Shown piece after piece: positions 31,905 to 43,647 of a stretch of 64,000 bases of DNA. Both the position numbers and the translations under genes were made by a program. Positions within the stretch are counted from its first letter, which is position 1; each line of letters begins with the position of its first letter. Below the pieces are notes generated by a model that worked only from the letters and a program-made list of their open reading frames with translations, did not search any database and was not told the origin of the DNA. Origin of the DNA: an uncultured Acidobacteriota bacterium (GTDB lineage: Bacteria; Acidobacteriota; Terriglobia; Acidiferrales; UBA7541); the NCBI GenBank assembly GCA_963850795.1, contig CAWKNS010000043.1, positions 1,021 to 65,020 of the forward strand, written 5' to 3'.

Positions 31905-33214
31905 TCAACGTGATGACTTCGGAGCTTGGGAGCGGCCTTTCCATTGGGCACCGCGGTTGGTCCAGTAGCGCGTGGCGGAGAGGAATGTGGCGGCGGCGTA
32001 GAACAGCGGCGGCAAGCGGGAGGGTGGCGGACCAGTGGGTGGAGATGCGGTAGAAGCGGACGGTCGGCAGGAATAAGAGGGACATGAGGAGCCAGGTGGA
32101 GAGCGCGATGAGGCGCGTGGGGGTGTCGTGTGAGAAGAGTAGGGCGATGGGGGCGAGGTAGGTGATGGCGAGGCCGAGGAGTGTGCCGATGAGGAGGAGA
32201 GTTGAGTAGCGGAGTTGAGTAAAGGCGGTGCGGGCGATCATGTCGCGGATTTCGGCGAAAGTGGTGTAGGCGCGAAGGCTGTGGCTTTTGCGGGTGAGGC
32301 CCATCCAGATTTTTGGCGGCGTTGCGTTTGCGCTCGGCGCGCGAATGTTTGACGGCGCGGGCGAGGGCGCAGTCGTCGATGACTTCGTTGCGGATGGAGG
32401 CGAGGCCGCCGATGCGGTCGAGCACGGTGCGGCGGAGGAGGATGCAGCCGCCGGCGGCTCCGGCTGCGCGGGATTCTGGATCGGCGATTTTCTTGGGCGG
32501 GTAGAGCATGAGGAAGAAGAAGAGGAATGGGGGGATGAGGAATTTTTCGGGGAGGGTTTCGGCGCGGAGGAGGACCATCAGGGAGGTTAGGTCGAGATTG
32601 TTTTTTTCGGCGCGGGCGACGAGGCGGGTGAGGGTGTCGGGGGCGTGGACGATGTCGGCGTCGGTGAACCAGAAGTAGGTGGGGCCGGAGGCCCCAGGGG
32701 CTAAAGCCCCGTTTACGACATCGAATTGCGGCACGGCTAAAGCCGTGCCCTCCCGGGCGGCAAAGTCGGATGGTGGCCACGTTGGGTGCACGCTTTTTTG
32801 CGTCGCGTAGCTTAAGCCGGCGTTTAGAGCGGAGAGTTTGCCGGTCCAACCGGGTTGGAGTTGCGGGGCGGAGAGAATCGTCACGTCGATGGTCGCGTTT
32901 TGAGTCGAGTGATCTTGCTGCGCGGCTTGCGAGGCGAGTTTGGCGGTGGCGTCTTCGCTGTGGTCGTCAACGACTATGATTGAAAATTTGCCGGGATAAT
33001 TTTGTTGCGCGAGTGAGGCGATTGTCTGGGCGATCGTTTCGGCTTCGTTGCGTGCGGGGATGATCGCGGTGACGGCGGGCCAGTTGGATCGAGCGGGGTG
33101 AATCGAATCGTCATCGTCGAAGGGATGCAAGTTCCAGAAATTTCCGTGCGCGAGTAAAAGATAGAGCCAGATGATGAGTGAAATTAGCGCGACGAAGAAT
33201 AGGGCTGAGGGCAC
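31905..33214 (-). CDS. hpnB: Hopene-associated GT2 glycosyltransferase HpnB-like; frameshifted, with in-frame REP insertion
   Basis: IIPARNEA, VDDHSED, GWTGK, TDADI, AAGGCIL, IDDCALA, MIARTAFTQL, WKGR. Confidence 0.88.
32693..32752 (-). repeat. Double-hairpin REP family B inside hpnB
   Basis: ggggctaaagcccc (32697-32710) plus ggcacggctaaagccgtgcc (32730-32749); reverse complement aligns to 21250-21309. Confidence 0.85.
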
Positions 33215-33309
33215 GAGGTATTTTGCAATAGCAGGCAGTGTTTGAGCGAGCGGGCGCAGTCTCAACGAAGCGGCTCGAACGTTAGTGAGCCCTGACCGAA
33301 GAGAAGATT

Positions 33310-33421
33310 CCATCCTCAAGAATCGAGGGTGGGGCACGCGCGCGACATCACACACTTACTTAAGGGGCTGAAGCCCTTTGCCTTTTGATCGGCTGATGTC
33401 GCGCCTGAAGGCGCGACCCAC
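33310..33421 (-). repeat. Two REP-like palindromic elements (33310-33340; family B-like 33362-33421)
   Basis: ccatcctcaagaatcgagggtggggcac; gggctgaagccc...gtcgcgcctgaaggcgcgacccac. Confidence 0.7.
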
Positions 33422-33577
33422 AAATCAAAATCGCTACGTTCTGCGCGGTCGCGCTGGTAGTATGCCGCGCGATGGTTGGGTATGGGCGGGGATGGGGCTG
33501 GGCGCGATTATTTTCGGTGGCAGGAAACGATCTCAAACAGCAGTCGCGACGGCGCGCGGATTCGAGGAGAAATAATA

Positions 33578-35219
33578 ATGCGGGCGAGACTTTCTTGGCG
33601 ACTGCGTGTGAATTGGTCAGAGGTGTTTCGAGTGGGTGTGTTGTTGTGTGCCGTGATGGGCGCGGCGCAGTTCGCAGCGCTGAAGATCGCGGCGGGGCAA
33701 ACGCCGCAAGCGTCGAGTGGCGGCACTGAGCCGGAGCAGGCGGGGCCTTATGGGTCGATGGTGATTCGGGATGTGACGGTGATTGATGGGTCGGGGGCAC
33801 CGGCGTTTGGGCCGGCGGATGTGTTTGTGAAGGGCAACCGGATTGTGCGGGTGGTGGCTTCGGATGCGATTTCGCGAGAGGAAGCGAAGGCGGAAGCGGC
33901 GCACGAGGCGAAGCCGGCGGCGCCGGATCGCGTGATCGATGGGAAGGGGATGTATTTAACGCCGGGACTGATCGATGCGCATGCGCACATCAATGAGACG
34001 AAGGATGTACCGGCGGAATACATCTACAAACTTTATCTGGGACACGGCGTGACGACGGTGCGGACGTTCAACGTGGGGAACGGTTCGCCGAAGGAAATGG
34101 TGGAGGTGAAGAAGAAAATTGCGGCGAATCAGATTGTGGCGCCGCGAATGTATGTGTATCCGTTCTGGAAGGAGTCGGATCCGCGATCGAGCACGGTGGA
34201 AGGCGCGAACCAGATTGTGGACGAGTGGCATGGCTTGGGCGTGGACGGGATCAAGATTTTGGGGAAGCCGGGATTGTGGCCGGATATTTTTCAGGCGATC
34301 ACGTCGCGCGCGCGAAAATGGAACATGGGGGTGGCGGTACACATCGGGCAGGACGGCGTTTATCCGATGAATGCGGTGCGCGTGGCGGCGGATGGGGCTT
34401 CGACGATCGAACATCATTATGGATATGCGGAGTCGTCGTTTGAAACGCACAACGTGCAGATTTTGCCGCCGGGATACAACTATTCGAGCGAGCCGGATCG
34501 ATTTTTGGAGACGGGGCGGGTGTGGCTGCAATCCGACTGGGCGAAGCTGCACGGCGAGGTGATCGATTCCCTGCTGAATTCGATGCACAAGACGGGCTTC
34601 ATCATGGTGCCGACGTTTGGCATTTACGAGGCGAATCGCGACGTGGAGCGCGCGATGACGTTGCCGTGGCACGCGACGTACACGCTTGCCGGTGGTGATG
34701 GATTCGTTTTTTCCGAATCCGGCGCATCACGCTTCATATTTTTATGAGTGGACTTCGAACAAGGAAGCGGATTGGGCGCAGGCGTACCGGATCTGGATGG
34801 AGTTTGTGAACGATTACAAGAATCGCGGCGGAGTGGTGGCGGTCGGGTCGGACACGGGATTTTTGTTTGAGATCTGGGGATTCGGGACGATTCGTGAATT
34901 GGAGTTGCTGGAGGAGGCGGGATTCACGCCACTCGAAGCGATTCACGCGGCGACGGAGAATGGCGCGAAGGTGGTGAAGAATCCGGAGCTAGGGCTGATT
35001 CGGCCGGGGTATTTGGCGGACATGGTTTTGCTGACGGAGAATCCGCTGGCGGATGTGAAGGTGTTTTACGGAACCGGGGTGGCGCGGGCGGGGGCGGATC
35101 GGAAGTTGGTGCAGGAGAAGTGCGTGAAGTACACGATTCGCGATGGAGTGGTATTTGATTCGCAGGCGTTGCTGAAAGATGTGAGGGAGATGGTGGAGAA
35201 GGCGAAGGGGGCGAAGTAA
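33578..35219 (+). CDS. Secreted metal-dependent amidohydrolase; 1 frameshift near 34690
   Basis: PGLIDAHAH, GVTTVR, IEHHYG, GSDTG, EAIHAAT, GYLADMV; GAGGAG RBS. Confidence 0.9.
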
Positions 35220-35272
35220 GTTTGCAGCCGAAGTTGTCGGCTGCGTGGAAAAAGCTTTAACTCACGAGATTG

Positions 35273-35307
35273 TGCGGACATGGGGCGCAGCAGTGCTGCG
35301 CCCGTAC
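35273..35307 (-). repeat. REP family A
   Basis: tgcggacatggggcgcagcagtgctgcgcccgtac. Confidence 0.88.
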
Positions 35308-35324
35308 ACGATCGCGATATCCGA

Positions 35325-37553
35325 CTAGGCAAGGTCTTCGGGTTTGATGGGCAGGCGGCGGATGCGCTTGCCTGTGGCGGAGAAGATGGCGTTGCAGACG
35401 GCGGGGGCGATGACCGGCAGACCGGGTTCGCCGATGCCGGTGGGCTCTTCGGTGCTCTGCACGACGTGGACTTCAATTTTGGGAGTCTCGTTCATGCGCG
35501 GCATCTGGTAATCGTTGAAGTTGGATTGTTCGACGCGGCCTTTGTTGATGGTGATCGCGTCTTTCATGAAGGCGGAGACGCCGTAGATGGCGGCGCCTTC
35601 GACCTGCGCCTTGATGCCGTTGGGATTTACGGGGCGGCCGCAATCGACGGCATAAACGATGCGCTGGACTTTGAGCTTGCCGTCTTTCAGTGAGATCTCG
35701 GCAACACCTGCCGTGTAAGAGTCGAAGGAAAAATATCCGGCGATACCGCGATAAACGCCCGGCGGCAGCGGCTTGCCCCATTCCGCTTTTTCAGCGACGA
35801 GTTTGAGCACGGCTTTTTGACGCGCGGTGTCGAGCGGCTTCCCTTCTTTCGGATCGTTGAAATCGGGGATCTTGCGATCGTCGCCGATGGTGCGCATGCG
35901 AAATTCGTAAGGGTCGGCGCCGGCTGCGGCGGCGAGTTCGTCGATGAAGCTTTCGACAACGAAGCCACTACTGGAGTGTTCGACGGAGCGCCACCATGCG
36001 CGCGGGACGCCGGATTTTCCGAGCGTGTATTCGATGCGATAGTTTTTGGTGGCGTACGGGATGAACGCGGCGGTGGCGAATTCGCTGGCCTCGGGCTTTT
36101 CGAGGCCGTTCTTCTCCCACATCGCGGCGATCGACGTGGACGTCTGGAAATGCTTCCAGGCTACGAGATTTCCCTGCGCATCGACCGCGCCCTGCATGTG
36201 GTGGTACGACGCGGGCCGGTAAAAATCGTGCTGCATGTCGTCTTCGCGTGTCCAGAGCACCATGACGGGCTTGTCACCGATGGCTTTGGCAACCTGCGCG
36301 GCCTCCATGACGAAATCGCCTTGATAGCGGCGGCCGAATCCTCCGCCCATCAGCGTGGTGTGGACGATGACTTTTTCTTTCGGGAGCTTTGAAACGGCGA
36401 CGATGGTGTCTTGCGCCCACTGCGGCGCTTGCGTCGGCACCCAAGCTTCAGCGCTGTCGGGACCGATGCGAACAGTGCAATTCATCGGTTCCATGCAGGC
36501 ATGCGCGGCGAACGGGAGTTCGTAGACGATATCGACTTTTTTTCCGGCGGGCGCGGCTGCGATCGCGGCGTTGGCGTCGCCGTCGTTGCGGACGACTTTG
36601 GCGGGTTTGGAGGCGTTGTCGATAAATTGCTGGCGCAACGAGGCGGAGGATTCGGCGGCGTGGGGGCCTTCATCCCAAGTGATGTCGAGCGCGCGGCGGC
36701 CCTGCATGGCGGCCCAGGAATTGTCGGCGAGCACGACGATACCGCCGGCGCTGAACGACGTGCTTTCGGGAACGGGTTCGATGGAGATCACGTCGCGAAC
36801 GCCGGGGACGGCTTTGGCTTTCGTGGCGTCAAATTTCGCAGGCTTGCCGCCGAAGACGGGACAACGGGCGATGACGGCGTAAGTGAGATTGGCGGGACGC
36901 GAGTCGATGCCGAATTTGGCGGTGCCGGTGGATTTGGCGCGGGCTTCGAAACGATTGCGGTCGCGGCCGACAATGGTGAAGTCGTTGGAGTTTTTCAGCG
37001 GAACGGTGTTGAGATTCGGGACGGGGAGAGTGGCCGCGACGGAGACGAGTTCGCCGTAGGTCAGATATTGATTGCGGGCGCCGTGGAGAATGCCGCCGTC
37101 TTTCGGTTTGCACGTGTTGCGATTGACGTTCCAATGTTGCGCGGCGGCGTTGATGAGCATTTCGCGCGCGGCTGCGCCAGCCTGGCGCAGCGGGAGCCAT
37201 GAGGCGGCGATGCTGCCGCTGCCACCGGTGCCGTGATCGTAGATGGCGGGGTCAGTCGGAGCTTGTTCGATCTTGACCTTGTCCCATTCCAGATAGAGTT
37301 CTTCGGCGAGGATCATGGGGAGCGCGGTCATGATGCCCTGGCCCATTTCGGATTTGCCGAGGATGAGCGTGACTTGATTGTCGGGCGTGATGCGGACCCA
37401 TGCGTTGAAGGGATTTACGGTCTTCTTTTCTTGATCGACGGCGCTGGCGTCGGCCGCTGACGGGTGGAGATGGAAGCCGATGACGAGGGCGGCGCCGGCG
37501 GAGGCGGTGGTTTTCAGGAAGGCGCGGCGATTAACGAGAGTTGCGGTAGCCAT
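35325..37553 (-). CDS. iorB: Xanthine dehydrogenase family molybdopterin-binding subunit (IorB-like), Tat-exported
   Basis: NRRAFLK Tat motif, SEMGQG, HACMEP, GGGFGRR, GIGEPG. Confidence 0.93.
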   Translation of the reverse strand: MATATLVNRRAFLKTTASAGAALVIGFHLHPSAADASAVDQEKKTVNPFNAWVRITPDNQVTLILGKSEMGQGIMTALPMILAEELYLEWDKVKIEQAPTDPAIYDHGTGGSGSIAASWLPLRQAGAAAREMLINAAAQHWNVNRNTCKPKDGGILHGARNQYLTYGELVSVAATLPVPNLNTVPLKNSNDFTIVGRDRNRFEARAKSTGTAKFGIDSRPANLTYAVIARCPVFGGKPAKFDATKAKAVPGVRDVISIEPVPESTSFSAGGIVVLADNSWAAMQGRRALDITWDEGPHAAESSASLRQQFIDNASKPAKVVRNDGDANAAIAAAPAGKKVDIVYELPFAAHACMEPMNCTVRIGPDSAEAWVPTQAPQWAQDTIVAVSKLPKEKVIVHTTLMGGGFGRRYQGDFVMEAAQVAKAIGDKPVMVLWTREDDMQHDFYRPASYHHMQGAVDAQGNLVAWKHFQTSTSIAAMWEKNGLEKPEASEFATAAFIPYATKNYRIEYTLGKSGVPRAWWRSVEHSSSGFVVESFIDELAAAAGADPYEFRMRTIGDDRKIPDFNDPKEGKPLDTARQKAVLKLVAEKAEWGKPLPPGVYRGIAGYFSFDSYTAGVAEISLKDGKLKVQRIVYAVDCGRPVNPNGIKAQVEGAAIYGVSAFMKDAITINKGRVEQSNFNDYQMPRMNETPKIEVHVVQSTEEPTGIGEPGLPVIAPAVCNAIFSATGKRIRRLPIKPEDLA

Positions 37554-37607
37554 GGAGAGTACCTCTATTCGGATTGGGAAATTGACAGTCGAGGTTGAAA
37601 GAAAAAA

Positions 37608-37629
37608 CGCCGGCGAGAGCCGGCGCTAC
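37608..37629 (-). repeat. GTAG-type REP between iorA and iorB
   Basis: cgccggcgagagccggcgctac; same type as 7228-7249. Confidence 0.7.
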
Positions 37630-38098
37630 CTACGCTTTGCCGGATTGCAGGTCGGCGGCGCGATGGATGGCTTTGCGGATGCGCTGGTAGGTGCCGCAGC
37701 GGCAGATGTTGCCGCTCATGAAGTCGTCGATGTCGGCGTCGGTCGGATTGGGATTTTTTTGTGAGCAATGCGACAGCGGACATGATTTGTCCAGACTGGC
37801 AGTAGCCGCACTGCGGAACGTCTTCCGCGATCCAGGCTTGCTGGACGGGATGTAAACCTTCGGCGGAGATTCCTTCAATGGTGGTCACTTTCTTTCCAGC
37901 GACGCTGCCGATTTGCGTGATGCAGGAGCGCGTCGCTTCTCCATTGATGTGGACCGTGCAGGCGCCGCAGAGCGCCATGCCGCAGCCGAACTTTGTGCCA
38001 GTCATGTTGAGCGTGTCGCGCAAAACCCAGAGCAGCGGCATCTCGGGGCTGACGTCAACCGTTTGGGCTTTTCCGTTGAGTGTGAAGCTGATGGCCAT
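37630..38098 (-). CDS. iorA: (2Fe-2S)-binding subunit (IorA-like); frameshift in A-run near 37755
   Basis: [32 protein letters not shown]. Confidence 0.93.
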
Positions 38099-38239
38099 GA
38101 AACCCTCCTCGGCGAGAACGCTATCGTACAACAGGTTGGGGTGGGTGAAAATCACCGAAATACCGTCGATGCGAGGTTTTTACAAGTGACTTTGAAGGGC
38201 CGACGCGCGCACCTATGTTTGGGCGGCAAGGTTACAGCT

Positions 38240-38267
38240 GAGATCCTTCGTTTCGCTCAGGATGACA
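38240..38267 (-). repeat. Family C short repeat
   Basis: gagatccttcgtttcgctcaggatgaca; one difference from 26258-26285. Confidence 0.9.
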
Positions 38268-38303
38268 ACTTTTTTCGTCGCGGCCTCCACGGGATTGAGC
38301 GAT

Positions 38304-41300
38304 CTAAGCTGGGGCGAGAGTTTTGGGGCGGTCGGTTTCGACGCCGCGCCAGCCGACGGGGCGGCCGCTGATGGCTTCTTTCACCGAACGGAATAAGACG
38401 ACGTACATCAATTGGCGATAGTAGAAGCGCTGGAGAAGAACTGGGATGAGGAGAGTCCAATCCTCGTTCGGCTCCAAGAGAAATGCGATCGCGCAGGTCA
38501 GAACGTCGATGATCAGGAAGCCGAGGAAGAAGAGGACAGAGCGCTCGACGTCGGCGGTTGTCCAAATTTGTGGAAGGTGCGCGACTTTTTGGCCGAGCGC
38601 CCAAAGCACGAGCGAGCCGAAGAACATCAGGTCGATCACAGGCGAAATCAACGGCAGAAAAAGTTGAAAGACGAAAATGTTGGGCAGCGCGACCCAGCCG
38701 AGCGTGCCGTATTTCGGACGGAAGAGCGTGTCGCTGTGCTTCCAGAACGCTTGCAGCGTGCCAAAGGTCCAGCGGAAACGCTGGCGGATGAGTTGGCCTG
38801 CGGTTTCGGGCGCTTCGGTCCAGGCGATGGATTCTTCGTCGTAACCGATGCGCCAGCCGAGGCGGCGAATCGCGATGGTGAGGTCGGCGTCTTCGGCGAC
38901 GGTGTCTGCGGTGATGCCGCCGGCTGCAGCGATCGCTTCCTTGCGCCAGGCGCCGAGCGCGCCGGGAACGACCGTGATGCAATTCAGCAGATCGAACGCG
39001 CGCTTCTCCATATTCTGGCTGGTGATGTATTCGAGCGCTTGCCAGCGTGTGAGCCAGCGTGAACGGTTGCCGACTTTCACGTTGCCGGCGACGGCACCAA
39101 GTTTGGGATCGGAGAAATGACGGACGAGTTTGCTGATCGCGTCGGGTTCGATTTCGGTGTCGGCGTCGATGGTGACGACGATTTCGGTCGTCGCTTCGGA
39201 CATAGCATGAGTGAGCGCAGCCGATTTGCCGCGGTTGACCTGATGAATGATGCGAACGCGCGGCTCGGTGCCGAAGTTCGTGTCGAGGATTTCGCCGGTT
39301 TTATCGGTTGAGCCGTCATCTACTACGATGATGTGCAGATCGGGATAGTCGGATGCGAGAACCGATGTGACCGTTTGCGCGATGACGGATTCTTCGTTGT
39401 GCGCAGGAACGAGAACGGTGACGGCGGGCGGCGGCACGGGCATCGAGACGTGGTCGGGGCGGAGCTTTTCGATGAACGCGAGAAGCCCGATGATCAGCGC
39501 GCGACCGCTGACGAGCACGATGCCGATGATAAAGATCGTCGCGATGCCGGCGCGCAGCCAACGATACATACCGAAGATGAACCCGTCGGCGCGAGCCTGC
39601 CAGCGCTCCATTGAGCCGAGCGGCATCATCACTTCGGCGCGGGTCTTGCCGATCAAATCGGAAACCGAAACGAAGTCATATCCCTGCATGCGCAGCGCGT
39701 CGATGATTTTCGGCAGCGCCTTCACAGTGTTGGCGCGCTCACCCCCGCCGTCGTGGAAGAGCACGATGTTGCCATCTTCGGCCTGGCGCATGATGTTGTC
39801 GATGATTTCCTGCTCGGGAATCTGGCCGCCTCCAGGAAGCTGCTGCCAGTCGTGGGCGTCGATTTTCTGGCCGACGATGAGGTAGCCCATGTCTTGCGCG
39901 ATGGGCAGCTGCGCGACTTCTTCGGCGTATTCGGGCTGATGATCGATGCCGTACGGCGGGCGGAACAGAATTGATTTCACGCCGATGGTGCTTTCGATCA
40001 GGCGCTGCGTGAGGTTGAGCTCCCAGCGGATTTGGGTTTTCGTGATCTCGTCGAAATTCGGATGGGTGTAGGTGTGATTGCCGATTTCGTGGCCGTCGGT
40101 GTATTCGCGCTTGAGGATTTCGGGATTTTCGCTGGCTTGCGAGCCGATGATGAAAAATGCTGCGGGGACTTTTTTCTGTTTCAGGATGTTGAGGATTTGC
40201 GGCGTCCAGCGCGGGTCGGGGCCGTCGTCGAACGTTAGCGCGAGCTTTTTCTTGGCGGCGCCGATCTGATCGATGTCGTAGGAAAGCGGGATCGCGTCGT
40301 AGTTTTCGTCGGTGAAAAGATCGGTGGCAGCGTCGTAGGTAAACGTGCGCTTGCCGCGCTTTGGCGTATCGGCGAAACGCCAGACGTCGCCGTTGCCTTC
40401 GAGGATCAGGTCGGGGCCGGGCGGGATGTCTTCGAGTTGCGCGCGCATCGCATCGTCGGGCGCGTCGCATCCCAGATGCGCCAGATCGAAGTGTCGGAGT
40501 GGCCGAGGCGGAACAGCATCGTGCCTTGCACGCCGAGGCGCTCGCTGGCGCGCAGCTGGTTGTAGCCGGTGACGGCGTCGAGCATCCACACCTGGTGCTC
40601 GTGATTGTTTTCGTCCACGTAGGAGTAGCGCGGATTGAGCGAATCGCTGTCGAAATCGATGTCGGTTTCGGACTCGAACGCGTGGAGGAGCGCTTCCTGG
40701 ACGCTAAATTCGGTGGCGGAGGCCCACTTCTTGTCGTCTTTACGCGGCCAGTCGTAGGCGAAGTTTGCGACGCCGACGACGATTTTCTGCGCGGGAACTT
40801 CTTTCATTACCTGATGGAGATTTTCGACGAACCAATCCTGCGCGGCGATCGGACCCGGGGGAGACGAAACCCAGTGCTGATCGAAGTTTAGCAGGACGAT
40901 CGCATCGCACTCTTTACCGAAGAATTTGTAGTCGTAGGCGTCGTCGCGCGCAGGAAGTTCGACCATGAGTTTGAGGCCGACGGAGTGGAGCGCCGAGCCG
41001 AGCTCGGAGACGAATTCGCGGAACTCGGATTGAGACTTATCGGGGATCGACTCGAAATCGACGACGATGCCGGATTGGTGCGACTCGACGGCGTATTCGA
41101 CGATATTGCGCACGAGGCCGTGGCGCGCTTCCTGATTCGAGAGCATTTGCGCCATTTCGTTGACGCGCCAGACTTGGCCATCGTAGTTGTTGAGCAGGCC
41201 CATGATCGGAATTTCAACGTTGGCCGATTTCATCCAGCGATGGAGCTTGTCGTCTTTGAGGAGGGAGATCGCTTCTTCGGGCGACGCTTTCACCGTTTGG

Positions 41301-41725
41301 TAGCGCTCGTAATCGACGATGGTGAGAGCGCCGTCGGACGTGACGGCGTGGAGCTGCTCGGGAATGAGGACGTCGATATCTTTATAGTGGCGCTTGAGCG
41401 ATGCGAGGCTGTTGGAATCCCAACTGACGTAATACGCAGCGCGCAGTGGATCGTAGCTCGCCGGAACGTTGCCGATATTTTCAACGCGGCGATGACGGCC
41501 TTCGCGGCCGGGAACGACTTTGGGTCCAGTTTTGAGCTTGAGCGCTTTGTAAATCGGCCGCGTGTCGGGGATCAGACCTGCGGGAAGCTCGACGCTCGCC
41601 GCGATATTGACGAAAAAATACGCGAGCAGCGCGGTCAGCAGGACGCCGGAAATTTCCATGATACGGCGCGTGCGACGCCAACGGACGCGCTCTGCGTCGT
41701 AAAAAATTGGACCGCGTTCCTTCAT
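38304..41725 (-). CDS. GH18-like + polysaccharide deacetylase (CE4) + processive GT2 fusion (IcaA/PgaC-like); frameshift near 40460
   Basis: GIVVDFE; TFDDGP, HTYTH, FRPPYG, LFHDGG; DDGS, DAD, AEDAD, QRFRW. Confidence 0.9.
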
Positions 41726-41824
41726 TCAACCTTTCACAATTGCGTTACGGCTGGGCACCTGAGCGCCGGCAGTGGAGTCCTTCTGCCTGATTGCGTCTGC
41801 TCTATTGTAAGATGCGGCTCATTG

Positions 41825-43319
41825 ATGAAGCGAATTTTCTGGAGCTCGGGTGTCGCGCTCGTAGCGGGATTGTGCCTTCGCTTGTTCTTCATTTTGCGGT
41901 TTCCGGCGAGTTCCGGGGATACCGTTCTATACGAACAAATGGCGAGCAATTGGCTGCTGCATCACGTCTACGCGATGGATGTGGGCGGAGTTGTGACGCC
42001 GGTGGATTTGCGGATGCCGGGATATCCGATTTTTTTGGCGATTGTTTATGCGATTACAGGTCGGATGGGCGATGCCGCACATTTTGCGCTGATGATTGCG
42101 CAGGTTTTTGTGGATCTAGTTTCGTGTGTATTGATCGCTACGCTGGCGGCGATTCTGGCGTTGATGGTGAGCGAGCAGGCGCCGGCGCGGCGGATTTTTG
42201 TGGCGGGGATATGGCTTGGCGGCGCTTTGTCCTTTTACGGCGAACTACACGGCGGTGACGCTGACGGAAGTGTTCGCGATTTTTTTTACGGCGGCGGCGC
42301 TATTGCCGCTGTGTTTGCTGGTGGGCCGGCCGCGGAATAACGGATGGCTGTTTCTAAAGCGCGCGTGGACTCGCGCGAATAATTATCGCTATCTTGCGGC
42401 GTCGGCAGCACTTCTGGTTGGGATTTGCACGCTGTTTCGGCCGGAGTCGCCGCTGCTGCTGATCGCAGCTTGGGTCGTGCTTGCGGTGGTTTTGTTTACG
42501 CAGCACGAGGCGAAGCGGTGGATTTTTACCGTTGCCGGAATGGGATTGATCTGCGCAATTCCGTTGATGCCATGGACGGTGCGCAACGCGGTCACGCTGC
42601 ATGAGTTTCAACCGCTCGCGCCAAAGTATTCGAATCTGCCGGGCGAGCTGATTCCGTACGGCTTCATGAGTTGGGAGAAGACGTGGCTGTATCGCTTTCG
42701 CGACGTTTATCTCGTGCCTTGGAAGCTGAATGATGAAGCGATTCGTGTCGAAGACATTCCCTCGTATGCATTTGACACAGATGAAGAGCGCGAGCGTGTT
42801 GCGTCAATTCTCGAGCCGTACAACAACGATTTGACGCTGACTGCGGATGAAGACGCAGCGTTCGGGAAAGTGGCACGCGAGCGAACGGTGCGGCATCCTT
42901 TGCGCACGTATGTTTGGCTGCCAATTGCGCGGGCGGTGGTGATGTGGTTTACGCCGCGGATTGAGCTGATTCCGGTGTCGGGAACGGTGTTTCCACTCGT
43001 GCAGTCATGGCAGGACGACAAAGTCGATCAATCGGTGACGGTCGGATTTTTTCTACTGAACATCGCGTATATCGCGCTTGCGATTGTTGGCGCGGTTCGA
43101 TTGTGGCGACGGAGCGCGGCAGTTCGTCCCGCGCTCGGGATGATGATTTTATTTGTGGTGTTGCGTACGGCGTTCCTCACAACGATTGAAACGCCGGAGC
43201 CGCGCTATGTCTTGGTTTGCTTCCCGATCGTCTCGCACTGCCGCGCAAATTACTATCGGCCGTCGACGAAGTCTAGGCTTCCGATGCAGCTCGCGACCAA
43301 CACAGGCGTGTCGAAATAA
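41825..43319 (+). CDS. GT-C fold membrane glycosyltransferase (GT39/ArnT-like); frameshifted, 3' end uncertain (about 43276-43319)
   Basis: GDTVLY, RMPGYP, LTEVFA, LFRPE, PWTVRN, PEPRY; multiple TM segments. Confidence 0.8.
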
Positions 43320-43327
43320 GCTTTCAC
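43253..43327 (-). pseudogene. Truncated PIN/VapC toxin remnant
   Basis: GTG overlaps the antitoxin stop (GTGA) and reads MKAYFDTPVLVASCIGSLDFVDGR*, a PIN-like N-terminal hhhDTxVLV motif. Confidence 0.7.
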
Positions 43328-43584
43328 TGGCCTGCGATCTCATCGAGTCGCTCTTCTCGAAGATCGTCGACGAGATCGGCCTGTCGAACCGAGCGAGGAA
43401 CCTCGCCGACATAAACCAACAACCCATCGCGGAGCACAATGGCAGGACTCTGCGTCAACGGACGAAGCACGAATGATGAGGTGCCTTCTTCGATTTCCAG
43501 TGTCGAGCCTTCGTGCAAACGATACCGATCACGAAGTGGCTTGGGGACGACGATTCTGCCGGCGGCGTCGATTGTGACCTTCAT
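43324..43584 (-). CDS. AbrB/MazE/SpoVT family DNA-binding protein (antitoxin)
   Basis: MKVTIDAAGRIVVPKPLRDRYRLHEG. Confidence 0.92.
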   Translation of the reverse strand: MKVTIDAAGRIVVPKPLRDRYRLHEGSTLEIEEGTSSFVLRPLTQSPAIVLRDGLLVYVGEVPRSVRQADLVDDLREERLDEIAGQ

Positions 43585-43620
43585 ACCATTTATTTTACCA
43601 CATACCATTTTATTTGGCAA
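43582..43620 (-). promoter_or_regulatory. Sigma70 promoter TTGCCA-17-TAAAAT (leaderless) with AAATGGTATG direct repeats
   Basis: -35 at 43615-43620, -10 at 43592-43597, ATG 7 nt downstream; 10-bp repeats 19 bp apart. Confidence 0.75.
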
Positions 43621-43647
43621 TTACAGTAAAGTATTTTTTTCAATACA

